Position numbers and translations under genes: made by a program | Shown: piece after piece, positions 9,724 to 17,308 of the stretch | Layout: each line of letters begins with the position of its first letter | Position numbering within the stretch: the stretch's first letter is position 1 | The notes under the pieces: model-generated | Seen by the model: the letters and a program-made list of their open reading frames with translations, nothing else | What the model was told of the DNA's origin: nothing | The model's database searches: none | Assembly: GCA_016206155.1 (NCBI GenBank) | Contig: JACQSC010000010.1 | Span: 8,073-72,072 of the forward strand | Source: Candidatus Uhrbacteria bacterium | GTDB lineage: Bacteria > Patescibacteriota > Patescibacteriia > JACQRZ01 | Reading direction: 5' to 3' | Length of the DNA: 64,000 bases

Positions 9724-9731
9724 GCATCTGC

Positions 9732-9926
9732 TTATCGCTTTTCAATCGGCGAAATTCCGAGATCCTTACAAATTTTCTTCCCAAGAAATGTGTCTATTTC
9801 ATTATGTCGTGGAACTGTACTCGCTCTTTTATACATAGGATTATAGAACACGCTATGATTCGATCCCTCCCGAATAAATACTATTCCGTGTTGCAATAAA
9901 TATTCAATGAGATCTTTTCTCTTCAT
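9732..9926 (-). CDS. hicA: HicA family toxin
   Basis: MKRKDLIEYL..HG..FIREGSNHSVF..VPRHNEI...KKICKDLG; 64 aa with the conserved His. Confidence 0.9.
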   Translation of the reverse strand: MKRKDLIEYLLQHGIVFIREGSNHSVFYNPMYKRASTVPRHNEIDTFLGKKICKDLGISPIEKR

Positions 9927-9937
9927 CTTCGCTCTCG

Positions 9938-10162
9938 CTATCTTGAAGAAACCGTCATCGGTTCACGAACTACCCTTCCGATGATCTCTTTTTCAATAAC
10001 TGCTTTGTTTACTTCCAAAATAAGCAGAAGTGCTTCCCGTAAATTCTCTTTCACTTCCTTGCGTGTTCTTCCTTGAGTATTTACGCCGGGAATTTCTTCA
10101 ACCCAGCCGAGATACCATTTGCCGCGTTTTTTATATACGGCGGTGAAAATTTGTTTTTTCAT
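9938..10162 (-). CDS. hicB: HicB family antitoxin (short, no DNA-binding domain)
   Basis: WYLGWVEEIPGVNTQGRT.KE...NLREALLLIL; directly upstream of hicA. Confidence 0.88.
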   Translation of the reverse strand: MKKQIFTAVYKKRGKWYLGWVEEIPGVNTQGRTRKEVKENLREALLLILEVNKAVIEKEIIGRVVREPMTVSSR

Positions 10163-10249
10163 AATAGTGACTCATTTTTATACCCTGATTATTACACACT
10201 GCTTCAAAACTGTCCAGAACAAAACAAGAAGCAGTTCTGTTGCTCTCCA

Positions 10250-10287
10250 GCAACAAAAAACTTCTCTTTCGAGAAGTTCTTTGTTGC
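10250..10287 (-). terminator. Hairpin/terminator after tRNA-fMet
   Basis: GCAACAAAAAACTTCTC-tttc-GAGAAGTTCTTTGTTGC inverted repeat; gives a T-run on the minus strand. Confidence 0.6.
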
Positions 10288-10357
10288 GGGGGCGGGATTT
10301 GAACCCGCGATCTCCTGGTTATGAGCCAGGCGAGATGCCGGACTTCTCCACCCCGCG
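10284..10357 (-). tRNA. Initiator tRNA-fMet(CAT)
   Basis: CGCGGGG...CCCCGCA-A with C1:A72 mismatch and A11-U24; anticodon arm CCTGG-CTCATAA-CCAGG; TTCAAAT T-loop. Confidence 0.94.
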
Positions 10358-10362
10358 CAAGG

Positions 10363-10413
10363 AGGATACCACGGTTCCTTTATTTTGACAAATCACGATT
10401 TTTATGCTATAAT
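10363..10413. promoter_or_regulatory. Overlapping divergent sigma70 promoters
   Basis: Minus strand: TTGTCA-17-TATCCT towards tRNA-fMet. Plus strand: TTGACA(10385-10390)-17-TATAAT(10408-10413), a perfect consensus with TG extension. Confidence 0.7.
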
Positions 10414-10466
10414 TGCTATAATTAGCTCTGTTTTCGGGGATCTTCCGCGGAGATAACCTGTAACCC

Positions 10467-11471
10467 CTAGAAGGCATTGAACAATCGACCCACGAACAGA
10501 ACATAAAGGGCGAGGAAAAATCCCCCCTCCCAGAGATGCAGGCGACGAGAAATGCCTGAGATGATAAAAAGAAGCGTTGCCCCGGCCATGACCGGCACGC
10601 CTATTGCAAACGTTTGCGCGTCAACAGGAAGGGGTGAGAACAAGGCTGGCAATCCCACAACAACCAAGGCATTAAAAACATTTGATCCAAAGATGTTGCC
10701 AAGCGCCACCTCTGATTGCTTGCGCAACGCGGCGCGTGCCGACACCAAAAGCTCCGGCAATGACGTACCGACAGCGACTGCGGTGATCGCAATTATTCCC
10801 GGAGCGATATCAAGAAGCGCGGAGAGTGTAATAACCGATTCGATAAGGTACTTTGCGCCGATCGCAAGTCCGACAGCGCTGAGAAGCAAAACCAATAGAT
10901 CGACCGTGCGTATCTTTTGACGATTCTGAACAGGCGCTTCTTCGGTTGCAAGCGGCTGAGGCACTTTTCCCTTAAGGCGCATGATAACGCGCTCCATAAA
11001 GGTATCACTTCGCTCCTCCGTATGAAGAATGGAGTAGGCGAGATAGATGCCGTAGGTGAGAAGAAGAATGATCCCTTCTACAAAACTCACCCGCCCATCC
11101 CACACAACGACAAGAAGCAGTGACGTGCTTAACGCAAGCAGTGGCAAGTCGAGGTCAATGAGCTCCTTCGTAACAACCAGAACGCCGGCCACGATCGATG
11201 AGAAGCCAAGGATCAATAGAATGTTTGCGATATTGGACCCAACGGCATTTGCAACAACGACATCCGTCGCCCCCTGGAATACCGCCGAAAGGGACGAGAT
11301 CAGTTCCGGGAAGGATGTTCCAACCCCAACGATCAGTGCGCCGACAATAAATGGCGTGAGTCCCAGCGCAAGGCCAATCTTTTCAGCGCGTGTCAACAAA
11401 AGATCGGAGCTTTTGATCAAAAGCGCGAGAGAGATGCAAAAAATAACGATCCAAAAAATAAGTTGGGGCAT
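10467..11471 (-). CDS. Calcium/sodium antiporter (CaCA/YrbG family)
   Basis: Start reassigned to MPQLIFW (the ORF-track extension overlaps tRNA-Leu); two alpha repeats GTSFPEL..GSNIAN and GTSLPEL..GSNVFN. Confidence 0.93.
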   Translation of the reverse strand: MPQLIFWIVIFCISLALLIKSSDLLLTRAEKIGLALGLTPFIVGALIVGVGTSFPELISSLSAVFQGATDVVVANAVGSNIANILLILGFSSIVAGVLVVTKELIDLDLPLLALSTSLLLVVVWDGRVSFVEGIILLLTYGIYLAYSILHTEERSDTFMERVIMRLKGKVPQPLATEEAPVQNRQKIRTVDLLVLLLSAVGLAIGAKYLIESVITLSALLDIAPGIIAITAVAVGTSLPELLVSARAALRKQSEVALGNIFGSNVFNALVVVGLPALFSPLPVDAQTFAIGVPVMAGATLLFIISGISRRLHLWEGGFFLALYVLFVGRLFNAF

Positions 11472-11479
11472 ATATAATT

Positions 11480-11561
11480 TGCCGCGGGTGGGAATCGAAC
11501 CCACATGAGTTACCTCACACGATTTTGAGTCGTGCGCGTCTGCCAGTTCCGCCACCGCGGC
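11480..11561 (-). tRNA. tRNA-Leu(CAA)
   Basis: GCCGCGG-TGGCGGAACTGGCAGACGCG-CACGA-CTCAAAA-TCGTG-long variable arm-GTGGG-TTCGATT-CCCAC-CCGCGGC-A. Confidence 0.95.
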
Positions 11562-11664
11562 GTACATGAAACCAGTATATCAAAACATCTTTGTTGGTCA
11601 ATTGATTGCTTGTGTGCTATACTGACGTTATAAAAATTAATACTGGCTTCACAAAAAGCATACT

Positions 11665-12468
11665 ATGCCAAAACTCAACGTTCTGCAGTCTCGACAGCCA
11701 TGGTGGCGCGGGGAAGAAATACATATGCTCGCGGTGCTTGTTCTCTCCGCCCTCTTCTTTTACTTCGGGGCGCTTGCGATCCTCACCCTCAAAGAGGCCG
11801 ATCGCGTTGGAAAAGCGGAGGTTTTCCGTGACACGATCTCGATCAGTGGCAAGGGCGTTGTAACAGTAACGCCCGATACCGCCGTCCTGCTCGCGGGGCT
11901 TGAGACAACGGCGCCAACCGTTGCCGCCGCGCAAAAGGAAAATACCGAGAAGATGAATGCCTTTCTTGCCCGAGCGCGCGCGCTTGGCATTACTGACGCC
12001 GACCGAAAAATAACACGGTACAGCATCTACCCAACGTATGAATACCGGGAGGAGAACGACGAAGAAAAACAAGTGAAAGTTGGCGATACTGTTATGCAGG
12101 AAGTACAGCTCAAAGTCCGCGACCGCCAAAGCCTCGGATCGCTTATGGCTGCCCTTGGCGAATTCAGTCTGAATCAGGTCGGGTCGTTGTCATTCATCCT
12201 GGATGACGAAGAACTCGTAAAGAAGCAGGCTCTAGCAGAGGCGATCAGAGACGCGCGGCGCAAAGCAGAAATTATCGCAACAACGGCGGGAGTGAAGATG
12301 GGAGCAATCGTTTCCTTGTATGAAAACGAGAGCCCCTCATTCTATCCCGAACCTTTTACGGGAGGAGAAGCCATGATGGGGGCGGAAGATGCGGAGATGG
12401 TCCCCGAGCCGCAAGTCGGAACCCAGGACGTTACCGCAAGCGTCACCATCATGGTCGAGTTGAAGTAG
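11665..12468 (+). CDS. SIMPL domain (DUF541/YggE-like) membrane-anchored protein
   Basis: TM followed by TISISGKGVVTVTPDTA, YSIYPTY, A..DARRKAE..A...GV..G.I, VTASVTI. Confidence 0.88.
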   Translation: MPKLNVLQSRQPWWRGEEIHMLAVLVLSALFFYFGALAILTLKEADRVGKAEVFRDTISISGKGVVTVTPDTAVLLAGLETTAPTVAAAQKENTEKMNAFLARARALGITDADRKITRYSIYPTYEYREENDEEKQVKVGDTVMQEVQLKVRDRQSLGSLMAALGEFSLNQVGSLSFILDDEELVKKQALAEAIRDARRKAEIIATTAGVKMGAIVSLYENESPSFYPEPFTGGEAMMGAEDAEMVPEPQVGTQDVTASVTIMVELK

Positions 12469-12470
12469 TT

Positions 12471-14051
12471 ATGAAAAGGCCGCTGGTACTCATTGTCATG
12501 GATGGCTATGGGCTTTCCCCCATCCAAGAAAAAAATCCTGTCAGCGTGGCAAAAAAACCGGTGCTTGACAGTCTGATGCTCCATTATCCATTCGGCGCAT
12601 TGGACGCGTCAGGCATCGCCGTTGGATTGCCATGGGGCGAAGTTGGTAACTCCGAGGTCGGACATCTCAACCTTGGCGCGGGTCTTGTCCTGTATCAGAA
12701 CCTGCCCCGCATCAACATTTCGATTGAAAATGGAAGCCTCTTTAGCAATGACGCATTTGTAAAGGCCGCAGAACATGCAAGGAAAAATAACTCACGCGTG
12801 CATCTCATGGGTCTTGCGAGCAAGGGAGGCGTCCATGGCCATATCGAACATCTCAAAGCATTGTTGAAACTCTGCAAAGAGCAAAAAGTAAAAGAGGTTT
12901 TTGTGCACGCAATTACCGACGGTCGCGATGCCGCGCCTCAGGCGGCCGCCGATGAGCTCAAGGGTCTGCAAAAAGAGATGAAAAAGCTCCGCATCGGCAC
13001 CCTCGCCACACTCTGCGGACGATACTATGCGATGGATCGCAACAGCGCATGGGATCGCACGCAAAAATACTATGATCTCCTCACGAAAGGCGCAGGAGCG
13101 CAGGAGCGCGATCCTATCAAAGCTCTCCAAAAGGCATACGATGCAAAATCTGATGACGAGCTCCTTGACCCGGTTGTTCTGTGCGACCGAAAAGGCGCAC
13201 CCCTCGCAACGGTTCAAGACAATGACGCCGTTTTATTCTTTAACTTCCGCCCGGATCGCGCGCGGCAAATTACCAAAGCCTTTGTCCAGAAAAAATTCGA
13301 CGGCTTCCAGCGCACCGTACATCCCGCCAATCTCTTTTTTGCCACAATGACAGAATATGAGGCCGGACTTCCTAGCGCAGTTGCCTTCCCGCCGGAGAAC
13401 ATCAAACATCCGTTCGGTTGGATTGTCGCAAAGCATAAGCTAAAACAGCTTCGCATCGCCGAAACGGAAAAATACGCGCACGTCACCTATTTTTTCAATG
13501 GCGGCAGTGAGGAAATCTATGACGGTGAAGATCGTATTCTTGTTCCATCGCCAAAGGTGCGCACCTTTGATGAAAAGCCCGAGATGAGCGCGCGTGAAGT
13601 CACGGAAAAGTTGGTTGCGGAAATCAAAAAAAAGAAGTATGACTTTTGTCTTGTTAATTTTGCAAACCCCGATATGGTTGGACATACGGGCAATTTTGAC
13701 GCGACAGTCAAAGCGGTTGAAACAACAGACGCGTGCATTGGCGCCATAGTCGAGGCAAACAGAGCGGTCGGGGGCGTCACCGCAATTACCGCCGACCATG
13801 GCAATGCTGAGGGCGTTGTTGACTTTATTACCAAAAAAACCGAAAAAGAACACTCAACCACTGTTGTCCCCTTCTTCCTTGTCGACGAAGAACAACGCAA
13901 GGATAGAAGCGAGGAAGAAAAACAGCTCCTCAAAGTGCAGTACAATCCCATCGGTATCTTAGCTGACGTCGCGCCAACCCTTCTTGAGATCATCGATCTC
14001 AAACCTGAACCCGAAATGACCGGAAGAAGCCTTTTGCGCGATTTGATGTAG
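12471..14051 (+). CDS. gpmI: 2,3-bisphosphoglycerate-independent phosphoglycerate mutase
   Basis: LIVMDGYG, GNSEVGHLNLGAG, GRYYAMDR, FNFRPDRARQ, AETEKYAHVT, NFANPDMVGHTG, TADHGNAE. Confidence 0.97.
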   Translation: MKRPLVLIVMDGYGLSPIQEKNPVSVAKKPVLDSLMLHYPFGALDASGIAVGLPWGEVGNSEVGHLNLGAGLVLYQNLPRINISIENGSLFSNDAFVKAAEHARKNNSRVHLMGLASKGGVHGHIEHLKALLKLCKEQKVKEVFVHAITDGRDAAPQAAADELKGLQKEMKKLRIGTLATLCGRYYAMDRNSAWDRTQKYYDLLTKGAGAQERDPIKALQKAYDAKSDDELLDPVVLCDRKGAPLATVQDNDAVLFFNFRPDRARQITKAFVQKKFDGFQRTVHPANLFFATMTEYEAGLPSAVAFPPENIKHPFGWIVAKHKLKQLRIAETEKYAHVTYFFNGGSEEIYDGEDRILVPSPKVRTFDEKPEMSAREVTEKLVAEIKKKKYDFCLVNFANPDMVGHTGNFDATVKAVETTDACIGAIVEANRAVGGVTAITADHGNAEGVVDFITKKTEKEHSTTVVPFFLVDEEQRKDRSEEEKQLLKVQYNPIGILADVAPTLLEIIDLKPEPEMTGRSLLRDLM

Positions 14052-14059
14052 TTTTCCAC

Positions 14060-14088
14060 TTGACACAAAATTGCGTATGTGCCATGAT
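14060..14088 (+). promoter_or_regulatory. Sigma70-like promoter for a short RNA
   Basis: TTGACA(14060-14065)-17 bp-CATGAT(14083-14088). Confidence 0.55.
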
Positions 14089-14094
14089 AACCGT

Positions 14095-14182
14095 GAAGTC
14101 AACCACGAGATTACGATCATGCGATCGTTTCGAACCCCAAGCAAGAAAATCCCGGCGCATTTAGTTCGGGGTTTTCTTTTTT
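14095..14182 (+). ncRNA. Putative small RNA/leader complementary to the downstream tRNA-like RNA
   Basis: Lies between the promoter and a terminator (AAGAAAATCCCGG..TCGGGGTTTTCTTTTTT, 14143-14182); contains 14-nt and 9-nt perfect complements of 14229-14242 and 14255-14263. Confidence 0.45.
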
Positions 14183-14200
14183 GTGGTATACTGTGCCCGT

Positions 14201-14278
14201 GGAGTCATGGGGCCACCGCAAGGTGCGGATCTCGTGGTTGACGCTCGAGAATTGGGGGTTCGATTCCCCTTGGCTCCA
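14201..14278 (+). tRNA. Atypical tRNA-like RNA (possibly derived from Val-GAC)
   Basis: 7-bp acceptor GGAGTCA/TGGCTCC+A and canonical T arm GGGGG-TTCGATT-CCCCT; the D arm is replaced by a CACC-GCAA-GGTG hairpin; the TCTCG/CGAGA stem closes an 11-nt loop containing TTGACGC; extended -10 TGgTATACT at 14184-14192. Confidence 0.6.
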
Positions 14279-14303
14279 CAACAAATAATCATAGGGGGTT
14301 CTT

Positions 14304-14999
14304 ATGAGCCATCGACCGCAATCTAAACTCAATCCAAAAAAATCCTATCTTCAGATTGCGCTGAACAGCACGCTTGATGATGCGCGGGCAATCATCAACA
14401 ATCTGCCGAAAAGCGACCGCATTCTCATCGAAGCTGGCACGCCGCTCATCAAGCAATATGGGGCTGTGGGAATCAGAACAATACGTGATGCCGCGCGCAA
14501 TCGATTCTTCGGCGTAGTTGCAAATCCCTATATTGTCGCAGACCTCAAAACAATGGATCGGGGCGAGACAGAAGTGATCATGGCAAAAAATGCGGGCGCG
14601 AGTGCCGCGGTCGCGCTTGGATGTGCTCCCGTTGAGACATTGAATGCCTTTATCGCCGCGTGTGACCGCCATGGAATCGACCCGATGATCGACATGATGA
14701 ATGTCGAGTTCCCTCTCGCTATCCTGCGCGCTTTAAAAAAAATTCCCCCCGTCGTGATCGTCCATCGTGGCGTTGACGAAGAGCGGTTCAACAAAGAAAA
14801 ACAAATCCCCCTGCACGAGATTCGCCGCATCAAGGGAAATTATAACATCATGATTTCAATCGCGGGGGGCGACACGATCCGCGAGGTGCAGCGTTCAATA
14901 TTCAATGACGTCGATATCGTTGTCGTTTGGAAATCGGTGTATCAAAAAACATCCGAAACGGTCACACTGATTGAAGAGTTTCTAAAGAATATTAAGTAG
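14304..14999 (+). CDS. Orotidine-5'-P decarboxylase / hexulose-6-P synthase (HUMPS) family TIM-barrel protein
   Basis: YLQIALN, ILIEAGTPLIKQYG, IVADLKTMDRG..E, HRGVDEE, IAGG motifs. Confidence 0.85.
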   Translation: MSHRPQSKLNPKKSYLQIALNSTLDDARAIINNLPKSDRILIEAGTPLIKQYGAVGIRTIRDAARNRFFGVVANPYIVADLKTMDRGETEVIMAKNAGASAAVALGCAPVETLNAFIAACDRHGIDPMIDMMNVEFPLAILRALKKIPPVVIVHRGVDEERFNKEKQIPLHEIRRIKGNYNIMISIAGGDTIREVQRSIFNDVDIVVVWKSVYQKTSETVTLIEEFLKNIK

Positions 15000-15007
15000 G
15001 GTCTACC

Positions 15008-15055
15008 ATCCCGGCCGGAGTTTATCCCAAGTACCCACGAGGGGCCGGGATGACA
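15008..15055. repeat. GTCATCCC-type palindromic repeat, long form
   Basis: ATCCCGGCCGGAGTTTATCCCAAGTACCCACGAGGGGCCGGGATGACA; 45/48 identical to the reverse complement of 62743-62790. Confidence 0.88.
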
Positions 15056-15064
15056 GTTTTCTCG

Positions 15065-15937
15065 TTATTTTGTCTTGCCTTTGAAAAATTCTGACATCGC
15101 CTTGACGCCCTCGAAGAACTCTACCGGAAGGGCAAAAATAACGGTCTTTGAGGGGTCGGGGTTGATTTTTTCAATCGTTTGCAGCGTGCGTATGGCAATG
15201 CCGCCCGGCGAAGAGGCAAGTACGGTCGCAGCCTGAGCAAGCTTCTCCGATGCGGTATATTCACCATCAGCTCGAATAATAACAGCGCGTCGCTCCCGCT
15301 CCGACTCAGCCTGTTTTGCCATAATCCGCTTCATGTCTGCGGGCAGTTCAATGTCCTGAATTTTGACATCCGTCACGTTAATCCCCCATGCTTTCGTCGC
15401 CTCGTCAACGATCTTTTTAATTTCTTGCGCAATTTGTTGACGATCAGAGAGGAGCGGGTCAAGCTCGATACCGCCAATCACATCGCGGAGCGCGGCTTGA
15501 GCGTATTGTGCAACCGCCACGGTATAGTTCTGAATATTAAGGATTGCTTTTTCCGCGGTTTCGACGTGGAAATAAACAACAGCATTGATGCCAACCGGCA
15601 CGTTGTCCTTGGTAATCACTTCCTGTTGGGGAATATCGATCGTTCGAATACGAAGGTCGACTTTAATAAGCCGCTGAAACCCGACCAGAATCCAGCGAAG
15701 CCCTGGTTCCTTGGTCGATGAATACTTCCCGAGCGTGAGCACCACCGCCCGTTCATATTGATCGATCACGCGCAACCCAACGAGAAGATAAAGCAGCACA
15801 ATGCCGGCACAAAGCAGAACAAAAAGAACAACGCCGCCGGGTCCGAGAGTAAAAAGATAGAATGACGCTATACCAACGACGACGATCAGCGATATCAATC
15901 CAGATATCGGATTTGATGATTGGCTCTCCATAGGCAT
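15065..15937 (-). CDS. SPFH/stomatin (slipin) family membrane protein
   Basis: QYERAVVLTLG, VDLRIRTIDIPQQEVITKDNV, WGINVTDVKIQD, QAESERERRA, RTLQT. Confidence 0.93.
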   Translation of the reverse strand: MPMESQSSNPISGLISLIVVVGIASFYLFTLGPGGVVLFVLLCAGIVLLYLLVGLRVIDQYERAVVLTLGKYSSTKEPGLRWILVGFQRLIKVDLRIRTIDIPQQEVITKDNVPVGINAVVYFHVETAEKAILNIQNYTVAVAQYAQAALRDVIGGIELDPLLSDRQQIAQEIKKIVDEATKAWGINVTDVKIQDIELPADMKRIMAKQAESERERRAVIIRADGEYTASEKLAQAATVLASSPGGIAIRTLQTIEKINPDPSKTVIFALPVEFFEGVKAMSEFFKGKTK

Positions 15938-15949
15938 GGGAATTTATGA

Positions 15950-17224
15950 TTAAATCCTGAGAAGCGGCGCGAATGTTTTTGCGTCCTTATACGGCCCGAT
16001 AACCGCGAGGTTAATGTTCTTTGTGACAAAAAGCTCTGCCGCAACTCGTTGAATATCCTCGGCCGTAATCGCATATAGTTTCTTGAGCTTTTCATCCGGT
16101 GAAAGCAATTTTTTTGTAAAGTGTTCCTGGCCTACATACCATGATACCACATTTTCGGAGTCTTCCCAAGAAAGCGCAAGGCGGCCCTTGACGTTGTCTT
16201 TTGCGCGTTTGAGTTCTGCGGCGCCCACACCCTTATCCCTGACGCGTGTAAGTTCTGCGAGAATTGCCCTAAGCGCTTCGGGAGCGCGAGACTTCTCAAG
16301 ACCCGACTGGATATAAAAAATACCAGCATCCTGGAAGCTCTCGTGCCCCGCGCGAATGGAATAGCAAAGACCTCTGCGCTCACGGATGGCGATATGGAGC
16401 CGCGAGCTCATCGTCCCGCCAAGAATCGCTCCGAGCAATGCGGCTGTTTGCGCCCGCCGATCAGTATAGGCATACCCATGAAAGCCAAAATCAACCTGAA
16501 CCTGCTCTGTATCTTTATAATGAAGGTGGACACGGGGACCTTTGTGCGTCGGCCGTCGATACGGCTTATAGATATTTGCCCGTGCACCCCCCTCCCACGG
16601 CGTGCCAAAATAGTGAGCAACGCGTTCGCGCGCATGATCCACGTCGATATTTCCCGCTATGCCGACAATCAAGTTTTTGCCATGGTAATGGCTGTTGCGA
16701 AACCGCACTAAATCCTCGCGCGTGAGGGAGTGAATCACCTGGTCAGAACCGCCAATATCCCATCCAAGAGGTGAGGGGGAGAACATGAACTCCTCAAGCA
16801 GATCGTAAATATAAATGATTGGGTTGTCGCGATGCATGTGTTGCTCTTCACAGATCACTGATTTTTCTCGCTCAACCTCTTTTGCCTCAAACTTCGAATG
16901 ATAAAGCATGTCCGATACGATATCGAGAGCAAGATCAAGCTTGTCCGCGCTGATTTTCACCCAGTAGCCGGTCACTTCTTTTGAGGTAAAGGCGTTATAC
17001 AACGCGCCAACCGCGTCGAGCTCCTTTGACAGCGCAAGTGTCGAGGGACGACGCTTGGTGCCTTTAAACATCATGTGCTCAATGAAGTGGGAAATGCCGT
17101 TAATGCGCTTCTCCTCATAGCGCGAGCCAACGCCAAACCACACCTCGACAGTGACGCTTTTCGTGCTTGGCACGGGGGCGAGAATCACGCGGACGTTATT
17201 ATTCAATGTTGCCTTGTGAACCAT
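15950..17224 (-). CDS. M16 (pitrilysin family) zinc peptidase
   Basis: GSRYE..NGISHFIEHMMFKGT (HXXEH), NAFTSKE.T, GGTMSSRL...IRERRGLCY. Confidence 0.94.
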   Translation of the reverse strand: MVHKATLNNNVRVILAPVPSTKSVTVEVWFGVGSRYEEKRINGISHFIEHMMFKGTKRRPSTLALSKELDAVGALYNAFTSKEVTGYWVKISADKLDLALDIVSDMLYHSKFEAKEVEREKSVICEEQHMHRDNPIIYIYDLLEEFMFSPSPLGWDIGGSDQVIHSLTREDLVRFRNSHYHGKNLIVGIAGNIDVDHARERVAHYFGTPWEGGARANIYKPYRRPTHKGPRVHLHYKDTEQVQVDFGFHGYAYTDRRAQTAALLGAILGGTMSSRLHIAIRERRGLCYSIRAGHESFQDAGIFYIQSGLEKSRAPEALRAILAELTRVRDKGVGAAELKRAKDNVKGRLALSWEDSENVVSWYVGQEHFTKKLLSPDEKLKKLYAITAEDIQRVAAELFVTKNINLAVIGPYKDAKTFAPLLRI

Positions 17225-17229
17225 ACACT

Positions 17230-17300
17230 TGAATCAGGAATTATGAATCAGGAATCATGGGGGGTTATTCCAATAATTCATGACTCCTTATTCCTTATTC
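17230..17300. repeat. Inverted pair of 7-bp tandem arrays (GAATCAG-like / ATTCCTT-like) in the glyQS-M16 spacer
   Basis: gaatcag gaattat gaatcag gaatcat, a short spacer, then attcatg actcctt attcctt attc. Confidence 0.8.
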
Positions 17301-17308
17301 GCCGTTGT

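Noticed and set aside
11472-11567. N-terminal extension of the antiporter ORF
   Set aside because: It is the tRNA-Leu gene read as protein; the real start is ATG at 11471.
14095-14280. tmRNA (one- or two-piece) or tRNA-Sec
   Set aside because: No G3:U70 pair, tag frame or permuted order; no UCA anticodon or long variable arm.
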